From NCBI GenBank assembly GCA_965112735.1, contig OZ218960.1, forward strand, positions 558,001-622,000: a stretch of 64,000 bases of DNA, written 5' to 3'. The notes under the pieces are model-generated. The model had not been told where the DNA came from. It worked only from the letters and a program-made list of their open reading frames with translations, and did no database searches. The translations under genes and the position numbers were made by a program. Source of the stretch: Phaeosaccion multiseriatum (Eukaryota; Protista; Ochrophyta, other classes). Position 1 is the first letter of the stretch; the number at the start of each line of letters is the position of its first letter. This document shows positions 13,682 to 26,608 of the stretch, in pieces.

Positions 13682-15989
13682 ATGAGACGCCCCTGGACGC
13701 TGGCCTTTCTGGGGCCTGCCGCCTTACCAAGCCTACAGGGAGGCGATGCCTTCGCTTTCGGACCGCCTCAGGCGCCACACACCTCCACTGCCACGCGCTG
13801 GTGCCGACCGCGTGGTTCACCCCAGCGCCCCATAGAGTCACACAACGCACGGAGGAGCAAAAATCAAGCCCTCAACAGTCAGAGCAAGCCGGCCGTGGTG
13901 GGAGCGGTGCTGCGGGGGGCGTGGGAGGACGCCCAGGAGGAGTACGAGGTGGTGGAGCTGTCGACGGAGCAAAGGGACAAGATGCGCAAGTGGGAAAAAG
14001 CAGATTTGTCGGAGGTGAGTGAGTGAGGGAGGTGCAAGAGGGAGGGGAGCCAGTGCAACCCGAAGCCTATTTGCTCTACTCCTACCTCTTTTGCCTTCGC
14101 GCTTCATGACAGTGTCTGCCCGCCCTTTATGTGTGTCGTCTTAGTAGTCTCCTTCCACCACCTCGGCATGATGCTTTGCTTGTTCTCTCTATCTCTTGCC
14201 TTCTCTCATTCGTTCTTTCCTCGTTCGTTGGCTATGGCTGGGCGACCGCGAGTGTAGGCAGAAAAGGTGAAGGCGATGCTGCAGGAGGAGGAGCGCCAGC
14301 AGAAGCACCAAGAATACATGAAGCTAGTCAAGCAGAACAGAAAAGACGCCGCCAAGAGGCAAGCGAGGAACATGAAGAAGTTCTTCCGTCGAAAGGCTAT
14401 GGTGGATGTGGCGAGAGCGTCTGAGAAGAAGAGGGGCCTTGCGTACGCGCAGTCCGTTCAGTGGGAGAGGAACTACACACAGTCTGTGGAGGATCTACAG
14501 GTGAGCAGCTAGTGTAGCAGAACAGGTAGTGCTGAGCAGACAGAGTAGCAGCACTCAGCAAGTTGCAGAGCAGCAGTAGCAGAGCACGCAGGGAAAGGGA
14601 GGAGCGGTGGGTGACGGGGTAAGTGAGGGGGACTGGACTGGTGCGTGGCGGCCGACAGTGTGGTGCGACATTCAATCATTCAATCAATCAATCAATCCAG
14701 AGCAGACTACACCACAGCCAGTCTAGTGTGTGACGCGTAGGCTTTTGCAGGCCTTTGTATTACGACCCCGATGTATGTCTACCTCCGCCCCTTACGTACT
14801 TCCCTTCCCCTCCCCCTCCCCAAAGGTGGGGCAGTGGCTTTCGGGGAGAGTACGTAACGTACGCCCCCACGGTGCATGGGTGGACGTCGGCTGCGGCACC
14901 GACGGACTGCTTCACGTCAGAGACATGTCGGAGGGTTTCACCCCCAGTGTGCAGGACCGTGTCAAGACCGGTGACAACGTCAATGTAACCGTCAAGTTCG
15001 TTGACCTAGACTCGGACACGCCCAGGTGGGTGGGGTACCTTGGGTGGGTACCTGCCTATGCGTCGTGTCTCAACCACCGACAACCGCACACCCCTGTCTG
15101 CCTGCCTGCCCATGTACCAGCTGCCCATCTGCCTGCCTGCTGGCCTGCCTGTCTGCCCACCTGGGACATCTTGCACCGTCCACTGCCTTCGACGCGACTT
15201 CCTTCCTCCAACAACGTCCCCCCTCTGCGCTCTGCTGCCTGCCTCTGATGTGCTGCGTCGCCTGACCGCTGCTGCTGTATACCAACATCTGCGGCTGCTG
15301 CTCCTCGTGCGGCCGTCTCCTGCCATCTATCTCATCCCTGCATTCTGCTGCCGTTTATCAACATGTACAGGTTCGGCCTGAGCCTGGTGCCTGTGGCGGT
15401 GCCCGAGGTGCTGCAGGAGGCCCAGCGCGCTCTGAGCAGGGCCATGGGCTCCGACCGGCCGTGGTGGTTGTTCACGGAGGGGGAGGAAGTGTGGGGCTAC
15501 GTCACCAAGGTGGGTGGGTCGATTGACTTAGTGACTAAATGGATGAGAGGGAGGAGGACGGGAAAGAGAGAACGACGAGGCATTTTCTTACTCTCACTGC
15601 GTGCGTGGGAGAAAGCGGCAAGCAAGGAGCCTGCCTCCCTCCCTCCCCTTTCCACGGAGGGCGTCAACCAACTAGAACTCCATCCTCTCCCCGTGCGACT
15701 GTGCCCCCATCCACTGCCATCCATCCATCCATCCATCCATCCATCCATCCACTGCCATCCATTCAGGTGACGAACTTCGGCTTCTACGTTGAGGTGGGGG
15801 CCGACATTGAGGCCTTCCTCAACCTTGTTCACTACGACCGACGCGACAAGACGAGAGGGGCCCGGCAGCACCCCTCGGAGCTGTTGGCTGTTGGGCAGCG
15901 CATCAGAGCTTACGTGTTGGACGTGGACGGGGAGGCCGACAATGGCAGGTGCGTGTGTGCGTGTGTGTGTGTGCGTGCATGTGTGTGTG

Positions 15990-16039
<50 letters not shown>

Positions 16040-16811
16040 TGTGTGTGTGGGTGTGCGTTTGTGCGTGTGTGTGTACGTGTGTGTGTGTGTGGGGGTGAGT
16101 GTGTATGTGCGCGCGTGTGTGCGTGTGTGTATGGGTGAGTGTGCGTGTATGTGCGCGTGTGTGTTTGGGTGTGTGTGGGGTTGGGGGCAAGCCATCCCTC
16201 TCTGTCTCTGTGGTGATTTGCCGATCTACCGCCTTACCTCCCTCCGTCCCTTCCTCCCTTCCTCCCTCCCTCCCTCCCTTCTCCTCTCTCTCTGTGTTGT
16301 GTGTGTTTTGCGTGGATATCGAGCAGGATCAAGCTGACGACGGAGCGGCCCGACTTCCTGCCTCGAGTGGGCGACTTTGGCCTTGAATACACGTACACCG
16401 ACCTAGTCGAGGAGCGGCGCCAAGAGAGAGAGGCAGAGTATGACGTCATGGGCAGGCCTTCCTTTGAAGATGAGTACAGGGACGCCTATGAGGAGGAGAT
16501 CTGCAGGAGCGGCAGGGGCCGGTGGGGAGGAGGAGGGGGAGGAGGGGAGGAGGGGGAGGAGGGGGAGGAGGAGGGGGAGGAGGGAGAGGGAGAGGAAGGA
16601 GAAGACTGGCAAGCGCTCATGGCGGCGAGTGGGATGGGGGGGAGGGAGAGGAGGGGTGGTGGCGACGATGACTTCACTTTGCTGGGGTCTCAGGCGCAAG
16701 CGGCAGGGGCAGCGGCGGGAGGGGAGGAGGATAATAAGGACTTGGACCGCTTCCTGGCAAGTATCATGGATGAAGAGGACGAGGACGACTACCTGTTCGA
16801 TGAAGAGGACG

Positions 16812-16846
<35 letters not shown>

Positions 16847-16912
16847 GGTGATGATGATAGCGAGGAGGAGGGGGAGGTGGAGTATGAGGTGCTGGAAGCC
16901 CCCGCAAGGTGA
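13682..16912 (+). CDS. S1 RNA-binding domain protein (2 S1 domains, acidic tail), possibly plastid-targeted
   Basis: VGQWLSGRVRNVRPHGAWVDVGCGTDGLLHVRDMS and GEEVWGYVTK|VTNFGFYVEVGADIEAFL are S1 folds. Approximate exons: 13682-14014, 14259-14500, 14826-15025, 15371-15509, 15767-15948, 16327-16912. Confidence 0.82.
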
Positions 16913-17949
16913 GGGGAAGGCAGGAGACGCGTCAGGCGATGTTCTATCCTTCAAAAGGGGCGAGTAGGAGGGAGAGCGCAGCGCAACTGAACTTTACTTC
17001 TGTCTCGGGCCTCCTCTTGGCTTGTGCCAGAGAGCCGGTGCCATCGTACTGGCGTCTGCAGCAGCAGCAGCAGCGCAGGCTTCGAGGCGGCACCCCCGGT
17101 TCTTCGCTTGAGAAGGTTTATATTCTGCATTCTGTCTATTAGTACTTGGAACTTTCGCAATCAACACCGATTGTGACCACTATTCACTCTTCGTGCTCCT
17201 CAACCTCCAATTCTCCAAACCTTGTACCGTACCGAGTAGGCGCGTAGGCAAGAGCAAAAGGGGGTAGAGACCAAGGGAATTTGGGTAATTTGGGTACGTA
17301 GGCAGATATTCTCAGGGGTAGCTACATGGTTGGTGATGAGTTAGCTGGTGCACGGTCATAAGCCAATGAACGGCTTCGCTGGAGCAACACCTCCCGGTCC
17401 ACCTCTTCTCCCATTCGCCCTTTCCTTGAACCCCGGAGGATAGGGGGGTGTATAGTATCAGGGTGCTACCCCTCGGTTCGGGTTGCTCCGCGCTTCGGTC
17501 ATGCCCACGACGCCCGAAGAAATGCTCCGCCCTTCGGCCTTTCCTACATTCCAGCTATTTTCTCTTGCTTTCTTGTCTGGATTGTGAGCGTTTCGAGGTG
17601 GTGAGTCACCGCCCCTTCTGTGAAATCGGGATCCTTTCAGACCTTCGGAGATACATGACACTATTCGGAAAGTCGGCTTCGGACAACTTCGGATCTTGAA
17701 AAGTTTCAGTAAAGTGGGTCTTCGAGGTCCCGAAGAAGAGAGAGTAGCCTGAGACTTTCTATAGCCTAGGCCTCTTGGACAGGCCATCACTTCATCATAG
17801 GGGCCGCTGCTGCTTCTGCTGTGTGTTGCACTTAGAGAGCAGCGCCGGAGGTGCGAGTTGCGTAAATAGGGACTGTGTAGTGGCACCCATCGGCCTTGGG
17901 ATTTGGGAGAGGAAGAAGAAGGAATTTGGCGGCGCCACAGAGCCTGGCA

Positions 17950-20900
17950 ATGTTCTCAGCACAGGCAGGCCTGGTTGCTGTGCTGGGCATCATCGGCGGG
18001 GTTACTGCCCATCCTCAATGTCTGGACTCTTCCACGCCCTCGACGGGGAGGAGCCTTTCCTACTGCTCCATTGTCAACTCTGAGGTGCGTCAGTGTGGTG
18101 GAGGGAGGGAGAATTGGGCTGCTGTCGCTGCTACTGGTTCTTATGCTATGGGCGGCACGTTCTCTCTCGTCCCTGCTTCCCCGCGGTCCTGCCTGCCTCC
18201 TGTCTCCCTTACGTGCCTCTTTTCTATACCGTGCTCTCCAGGCACCTGTCTCAAGCCATCACTTTAAACACGCCCACCCCCCGCGTTCCCCACTCCAATC
18301 CTCTCCTCTCTACCCCCTCACCCCTCTGTCATGTCATTCCCCAGCCGAGTGGCTCATGCTGCAGCTACTCGGAGGATGACTCAATCCGCCAGCAGGGGGT
18401 GACGGGCCTCTCCAGCTCTTGCGAGGCATACAGACGGCAGCAGGAGTGTGCTCCCTGCCACCCCTGGTCCCTGCACTTGTTTGAGGACAGAAACATCTTT
18501 AAGATGAAGCGCGCCTTTTGCAATGATTACATGGCTGCGTGTGACAACAGCGACAGAGACAAGTTGGGCATTAGCAGCAGCACCGACTTTTGCAACCTGC
18601 ACACTTCCGGCACCGACCCGTACTATAGCTACCCCTTAGATACCTCGAACTCCGACACCGTATCCGACACCTACAAGGACGTCTACCCCAACCTGGACTG
18701 GCCGGGTCGCGTGGTGGATGCAGTGTACCATCCGTCCCGCAATGTGTGGTGGTTTGTGTCCCAGAGTGGCACGATTTACGAGGTCTCTGACCAGTCCTCG
18801 GTCAGCAGCAAGACGCTCATTCTGGACCTTTCGGGACAGCCCAACTTTCAGTTCGAGGGCGAGCAGGGCATGCTGGGCTTGGCCTTTGCGCCGGACTTTG
18901 ACCAGACGGGAATGTTCTTTGTGGCGTACTCGTCCTTCGACGCGTCCCTCCCCATCAGCGGCAAGTACCAGCTGCAGAGGAACACGTACGTGTCTCGCTT
19001 CCGCCAGGGCAGCAGCGCCACGGACACGCGTAGCTCAGAGCGTATCGTGCTGATGGTGCCCCAGCACTTGTCCAACCACAACGGAGGCAGTCTTCACTTC
19101 AAGCCGGATCGGACTCTGGGCGGATCGGACAACGCCTACGACCTGTATATTAGCAGTGGAGACGGAGGAGGAGGCAACGACAATGAGAACAACGGGCAAG
19201 ATAGGCAGTCGCTCAACGGTGCCATCCTGCGTATTCGCGTCTCCACGGGCAACGATGTGTCTGACTCTGGACTATACTCCATCCCCCCCTCCAACCCGTT
19301 CTCGGGTGGAGGTGGGGCCCCGGAGATTTGGGCTTACGGTCTACGCAACCCTTGGAGGTGCAGTTTCGATCGCGTGACTGGCGACTACGTATGTGGAGAC
19401 GTTGGACAAGGGGCGGTGGAGATGGTGCAGGTGGTGAGGCAGGGCGCCAACTACGGCTGGCCCGTGTTCGAGGGCACACGCTGCAACTCGGAGAAGGCGA
19501 GTCAGGGGCAGTGCGACGGACTGCGCTCCAGCGTTACCTTCCCCAAGGCGCAGTACTGCCACGAGGGAAAGAATCAGTACTGCGGAGGATCTTCCTCGGA
19601 CGACAGGCAGGACGCGCTGCTGGGCTTTAGCATCATTGGAGGCTACGTTTACCGCGGAAAGGAGTACGCGGACGTGTACGACGGTGTCTACTTCTTCGCC
19701 GACTGGGGAGGAGGCAACAAGCTGGGGAGTGTCGATGCCACCACCGGCAACACGTGGGAACTCCAAGAAAGGTGGCAGGACTCCGTCCCCTTTGTGGCCA
19801 CCTTCGCCGAGGACCGGGAGGGCGAAGTGTACATTGTGGGCTTCAACGGAGGCATGTTTAAGCTGCCCTGCCCCTACGCGAATTGCGATGGATCATCGGG
19901 AGGCGGAGGAGGAGGAGGAGGAGGAGGGCCTTCACCGGCGGCAGAAGCACCACCACCCACCCCCCAACCCACCCCCCAACCAACGCCTCAGCCAACGCCT
20001 CAGCCAACGCCTCAGCCAACGCCTCAGCCAACGCCTCAGCCAACGCCTCAGCCAACGCCTCAGCCTACGCCTCAGCCAACGCCTCAGCCTACGCCTCAGC
20101 CTACGCCCCAACCAACGCCCCAACCAACGCCCCAACCAACTCGCCAACCAACCCCCCCACCCTCCCCTGGACCCACACCCCCACCCACACCCCAGCCAAC
20201 GCCTCAGCCTACGCCTCAGCCCACCCCTCAGCCAACGCCCCAACCAACTCCCCAACCAACGCCTCAACCAACTCGCCAACCAACCCCCCCACCCTCCCCT
20301 GGACCCACACCCCCACCCACACCCCAGCCCACCCCTCAGCCCACCCGCCAACCCACTCGCGCTCCTACTCCTGCACCAGTCCCCGGGGCCTCTCCTCCAC
20401 CCCCCACCGCGGCTCCCACACCGCCCCCGACAAGCGCCCCCGTTGCGGTACGTATATATATATATATATATATATTATGTGTGTGTGTGTGCATGTGCGT
20501 GCGCGTTGGCTTTGTTGTGTGTGTGTGTGTGTTTGTGTCAAGCACACCCTTACGTTCCTTCCTACGCGTTTTGTTTTTCACCTACCCCACCCATCATCAG
20601 TCAAGTCTACCCTCTTGTGGAACGTTCCTGCTCCTCCTATCCCTGCTGCTTGCTGTCTGTCCTCGCTCACTCCCTCCCTCACTCACTCACTCACTCACTC
20701 ACTCACTCACAGTCCATCTCCCTGCATGTAGACCGCATCGATCGCATGCTCACCTCTCACAACTGGCTTGCTCTGCCCCTCTCTCTCTCTCCTCCCCCCC
20801 CCCTTCTCTCTCTCTCCCTCGACCCCCCCACCCCTCCCCCACCCACCCACACAGGCTTCCCCCACCCAGCAACCAGTGGAGGAGGCTCCCGCAGAGGACT

Positions 20901-22075
20901 TGGGCACCCCAGTGACGGAGGCGTTCGACTGTCCTGCCTCAGTGGACAGCTCCAACAACCCCTCAAGCAACAACCCGAACCTCTTCAGCAACCCTGACTT
21001 CAAGAACCGACTTGCCTGCTGGAGCACGTACGTCCATATGCCCAACATTGACAACCTTCAGCCCATGCGAGAGGAGATCATGTTCAGATTGGACAGCAGC
21101 ACCGGAGAGACGTGGTACTCTCAACTGTTCCAGAGCCCGGAGGTGGAGCAGGACCAGGCGTATCACATGACCTTCCATGCCCGACCGAGGAGCCGCGGCC
21201 TCTCAAACCGACCCGTTCGCATCTACTGCACCGCCGAGAGAGCGCCCTACACCGTCTTCGCCGAGGAGGTGTGCGACCTTGTCTACGACGTAGAGAACCC
21301 CATGACTACGACGGCGTGCAAGCTCTCCGCTACTGTGGGGGACACTTCCCGAGGAGTCAAGTGGGTGATTGAGGGAGGAGGTAACCCGTGGGACTTTGCC
21401 GTCACCAACGCCACTCTTGTCAAGTCCATGCTGGAGAACCGCAACTTTGAAGAGGGACTCATCGGATGGACGTCGTACGTGGCCAAGGACCAAGTTGACG
21501 ATGCGAGCTTCGACGTGGTCAATCAGCTTCCCGCCGACGGGGACCGCGGAATCGCCTCGGAGCGCGGAGGAACCATCTTCACCATCGGCGCTTCCGCGGG
21601 CACAGAGTCTTGGCATGTAAGCCGTTATGGAAGTGATCGGATGCATGGATTGCCATCTCGTTGAGACCTGATTGCCTTGCTGCTGGCTGCATGAACATCC
21701 TTGTTTTTTTCTCCCCTTCTGCTTGGTTGGTTGCCTTCTCACCCCGCGCATCACTCTCCTTTCTTCTTTTTCTCTCAGATGCAACTGTTCCAGACGTTCG
21801 ACAACCTTCAATCGGGGCAGGCTTACGAGTTTTCCTGTAACGTCCGAGCCATGGAAGGCGCTCCTCGAGAAGTGGAGCTGTACATGAAGCAGATTGACGG
21901 GGATTGGAGTCTACTTGGGTCTGAAATTTGCGACGTGCAGTACGACAGCACCACTCGATGCTCGGTCGTGGGCACGGTCCAGACAGGAGAGTACTCGGTC
22001 AAGGTCGGAGTGCAAGGCGGCAACGACGCCAACGACTTTTTGGTGAATGATTGCATGTTCTTCCCTGTTCTTTAA
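17950..22075 (+). CDS. Secreted HHIP-like/HIPL1-type protein: Cys-rich N-domain + PQQ-type glucose/sorbosone dehydrogenase beta-propeller + PTPQ linker + two CBM4-like modules
   Basis: Signal peptide followed by HPQCLD; ECAPCHPWS; [86 protein letters not shown]-terminal N-x-F...W...QLFQ repeats. Approximate exons: 17950-18084, 18344-20447, 20854-21615, 21779-22075. Confidence 0.88.
19955..20355 (+). repeat. Coding 12-bp tandem repeat encoding (PTPQ)n linker
   Basis: (CAGCCAACGCCT)n, with a larger duplicated block containing [17 protein letters not shown]. Confidence 0.95.
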
Positions 22076-23227
22076 TCAAGTTCAAGAGTAACTAGCTTTT
22101 TAATTTTTTTTATGAGTTGAGCTGTTCTAGGTAGGTCAAGGTAGGTAGGAAGATAGGTATAGGTGGGTAGGTCGGTGGGTGCTGAAGAGGGAGGGGGAGG
22201 GACGGAGAGAGAGAAGTGCTTCTCTCTCTCTTGCCAGAAGGCCTACGCGTATAGGTTGGGAAGGAAGGAAGAGAGGGAGCGAGTGGTATTGAGGTACCAC
22301 AGTTTTGAAGGAAGGTGCCGGTTGGGGCTATGGCGCCACTAAGTAGGCAGCAAGTGAGCCGGACAGCCGCCCGAGCTAGGGGGAGGAGGAGGAGGAGGAG
22401 GAGGAGGAGGAGGAGGGACGGAGTGTGGCAGGCAAATTGGTCAATGAATTGGCCTCAGACTGATGAATTTTCTCTAGTCTGACAAGTCTGGCAAGATTTG
22501 GGGAAAGGGGCAGGAGACTAGGCATTTAGGGAGTCCTATTTTTAATTACGTAACTACGATAATTTTACTTTTTGGTGAAAACAGCCAGCGCAATAGACGA
22601 ACACCATTTAACCTTCCATGGGACATGGGACCAGAGACAAGGCCTTTGGGGGGGGGGGGGGGGGGGGGCTGGACAGGCCCCATCGACCAGCAGATGGCAC
22701 GAAAAAAGGACCACAACCCAGCCCCTGCAGCTCAGCTACGTCATCTTGTCATAGCAATGAGGTTTGTCATTGTTAATATTGTTGCAAAAAAGCAATTGGC
22801 AATAGTGTATGTACAGCCCTTCCTGTGAACCAAGCAAGTTCCCGGCCGTGTGGAGCGGAGAAAGACGGCGGCGGAAGGAAGCCAGAAGGCAGTAGACGGG
22901 AGGCCGGCCAGCTAGGCACCCCATCAACATCATCGCAGCCACTGCCCCGAACCCCTCCCCTCCGGTCCCTTCGGCACTCACCCACCCACCCACTCCGAGT
23001 CCCCTCCTCCGATCCTCCGAGGCAGATTCATCTCCCAAGGAATGCCTTTGCGGTACATGAGCCTGACTGGCGCCCTTGTGATGCCTCTCCTTGCCTCACA
23101 CGGCCTCCCTCCCTCCCTCCCTCCCCCCCTCCCGCCCGCCTGACCCATAGCAGACCAGAGACCACCACAAAGGCGATGCGTGCCATTTGATGCCATCTGT
23201 AAGCGTGAAGAGTGACGTCACGTCACG

Positions 23228-23921
23228 TCACGCCATCCGCGGGCGCTTGCTATGGGGAGTGTCGTCGCTCATCTGAGGGGACAGTGAGCGCGTGCGCCGC
23301 AGCCCCCCGGAGACTCTGCTGTTCGCCGGAGAGGTCGCCACGACTCCTGCCGCTGCTGCTGCCGCTGCTGCTGCTGCTGCTGCTGCCCTTGACCCAGGCA
23401 ATGAGCCCCCCCCTCGTCCTCCGCCTCCTCCGTGCTGCTGTATCACCAACTGCTCCTGCTGGAGCTGGTGGTGGTGCTGATACCCCTGCTGCTGGTGCTG
23501 CTGCTGGTGCTGCTGATACTGCTGCCCCTGCCCCTGCCCTCGTCCACTGCCGTCGGAGGCCACCACTGCCGTGCTACTCCCCACCACTCCACCACCATGT
23601 CCACCATTGCCTGGGGCAGGGCCTTGGTGCTGCCCCTGGACGCCCCAATGGCGACCCACAACATGCGCGTGTTGGTCATCCGCAACGCCTGGTCTTGTCC
23701 GCCGCTGTGGGGGGGTATGCGGCCGGTGGTGGCGCTTGACGCTGTGGTGGTACGGATAGTGGTTGAGGTGGTGGTGGTGTCTGCTGTGCGCCAACTGCTG
23801 GCCCGGGGAAATGACCATGGCCCCGTAACTATGTCCTCCCTTGGTCTTGACGAGCAGGGAGCTGTGTGGGCCTGCATTCACAAATCCGGACTCCGGGTGC
23901 TGCTGCTGGTGCTGCTGGTGC

Positions 23922-23997
<76 letters not shown>

Positions 23998-25327
23998 CTT
24001 GAAAATCGTGGTGGTGGTCGTGGTGGTGGTGGTGGTGCTGCTGCTGCTGCCGTCCAACCTCGCTCTCCATAGGCCCACCCCGGCTGCCGGGTGCCGCTAC
24101 TGTATCACCAACTGCTGCATCGTCCAGTCGGAGGCGCTTGGCCACAGGGTAGGTCGGACCCTCCTCCACATCCATGCCCTCCGTGCCATTATCCACCCCG
24201 GGAGCCACTCCCTCAGCCCATCCCCCGGGGGGGGAAGGCGCTTGCCGCTGACATCGGGCGGACGCGGACAGCGGGCGCTTCCTTCGGCTCCCCCCGCCCG
24301 GCCTCCTGCTCCTTCTGCTGCTGCTGCTGCTGCTGCTGCTGGTGGTGGTGCTACCAAGAGAACTGGTGCTCTCCTCCTCTTCCTCCTCCTGCTGCTGCTC
24401 CTCCTCCTCCTGCTGCTGCTCCTGCTGCTGCTGCTCCTGCGGCAGAACTGCTGCTGGTGTTCCCTCTCCTTCACCCCCTGCCGCCGAAGTCGACGGTTGC
24501 GCGTCCTTCTCCACCTCCTCCGCCTTCACCTTCTCCTCTTCCCCCTCCTCCTTGCTCCGCTGCTGCTCTATTCCCCTCTCTTCCTCTGCCCTTGCTGCTA
24601 CTCTCCCCCCCCCTGCTGCTGCTGCTGCTGCTGCTGCTCCTGCTGCTGCCACTTCCCCTCCCCCACCCCCGAGACGGCGAGTGAGGCTAACAATAGCCTC
24701 CACCGCAGTGAGACCCTGCCCCTGCAGAACGCGCATGGCAGCGGCCACAAGAAGGGCCCGACGAGCATCTTGCGAGGAGCAGCTGTAACGAACTACCATG
24801 TCGGAAATCTCTCTCTCCTCGGGCTCTGCGGGTTGGAGGGTTGGGGGGGAATAGACAGGCAGGAAGTAGGAAGTAGATGTAAGTGGTGAGAAAGGGGCAG
24901 TATCGACGGGCTCACAGCAGTACAAACATCCGCATAAACATAGCTTGATCTGTTGTAAGGTGTAATTCACTGCCCAACCCCCGGGCGCTGAGTACGCTCT
25001 CTCACCTGGAGTGTCCAGGCCCTTGACCCTCGCCAGCAAGGTATTGACAGCGTCGAAGTGGCTGACGCCCCCCTGCCCGGTTAGCAGCTCCATCTGCCTC
25101 TCCACCGCCTCTCGGAACTCGCCCTCTGCCGCTTCCGCTGTCAGCACTCTTCCGCCACCCCCCCCCCCTCGTCCTCCTCCTCCTCCTCCTCCTCCTCCTC
25201 CTCCTCCTCCTCCTCCGTCACTGGTCATGCTGCTATCGCTGGTAGGGCTGTCACGGCCGCTCCCGACGCCCCTTCTTCTCCGACGAGTAGGGGTGCTGGG
25301 GCCTTCCCCACTCCTTTCCCTTCCCAT
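23228..25327 (-). CDS. Hypothetical protein (short helical core, long low-complexity Q/H/A/G tail), probably 2 exons
   Basis: Long open frame with an amphipathic core (EFREAVERQMELL...SHFDAVNTLLARV|...DARRALLVAAAMRVLQGQGLTAVEAIVSLTRRL). Probable GT-AG intron at ~24830-25005. Start uncertain. Confidence 0.6.
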
Positions 25328-26608
25328 CGTCTCTGAGCAGTGTACGATAGTTCCTGTAATCGCGCCCCCCGAGCTTGCGCTCAAGTGTGGCACTCAGATC
25401 CACTCCTAAAGACCCTCTATTCCCTGCCGTGCAGACGGAGTGCCTGCTAATGCTTCCTCTTCTTCTCTTCTCACTCCTCCTCACTCGCTCTTCCCCCCTC
25501 TGCCCCGCTTCCCCTCCCCCAGAGTCCTGCTCCGCCGCCGCTGCTAATGGCGCAGCCCTAGGTGACAGCACACTTTTCGGACTAGGAACCCCCTCACACA
25601 GCTTTACCTGCGCGGAAGAGCACTCGTTTTATTCCTCCCCCCCTCCTTTCCCTCCCCTTGTCCAACCTCGCCCCACCCTCTCCTTCTTTCGTCTCAAAAG
25701 AGCGTAGTAGGCAGACAGAGCGACCCGAAGAAACAAACAAGCCTTCCACTGCAAAGGCTCCTCCTAATAATGTGGTCCCTGTGTGTGGGGGGTCTCTATC
25801 ACAAGAGACGGTCCGCCCTGTTGGGGGCGGGCGTCGAGCAGCATTCCCGAGGGGGAGGCCTGACCTAAGAGTAAAATGGAAAGGATCTCGAGCCTTTACG
25901 TTATATAGGGAGAGAGAAGAGAGAGAAAAAAGAAAAGGGGATGGATGCATTAAAGATGACCCCGGTGCTAAGAGACTGCGCGTCTATATTTATCTTTATT
26001 TGTCTCCCTAGTAGGCTGGTAGGGGAGCGATTGGGACTACCGCGATGGATGGCACCCGATGGTAGTGCTACGTAGAGGCGCTTCTCGGCTGAGCCAAGGC
26101 CTTGTTGGCGCTTGGCACAGCTTTGGGCAGAGCGGTGGCACAGCTTCAGCACTTCAAACCTGATACCTGATACCTGGCACGCACACACCTGCATCATACG
26201 GACCAAGGGCCCCCTCTCGCCCCCCTCAAATGGCCTCGGTAAGTAACGTACTTGAAGAACTACTCCTCGCACCACCCTCAAATCACTCTTCACAGCACTC
26301 TTCAAGCTCTCTCATAGACCCCTTCCAGGCCCCTCAGCTGCCCCTGTCCACAGCTCTGCGCTGTGGCGCGAGTGTCGATTCGGTAGTCGACAGTCGGCAA
26401 GTCGGCGCATCCATGGCTTTGTCTTGTCGGGGGGCAGAGTTACCACTCCCTCCCACTCAGGACCCCACTACCTCTCCCGCCTGACATCCCCAGCCATCAC
26501 TGATGCCTTATGCCAGAAGACTGCCTTCTTCGAGAGTCTCTTCGAGAGAAAGAGTAGGCACAGACTGCTGCTCTGCTGTATCACCAACTGCAGCAGCTGC
26601 TCCTGCGG

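Noticed and set aside
2944-14825. AAG acceptors (2944, 3446, 7205, 14825)
   Set aside because: About 4 of roughly 60 introns, which is within the ordinary range.
25600-26500. Short ORFs between the unknown gene and ADE1
   Set aside because: No recognisable domain or consistent splice structure.
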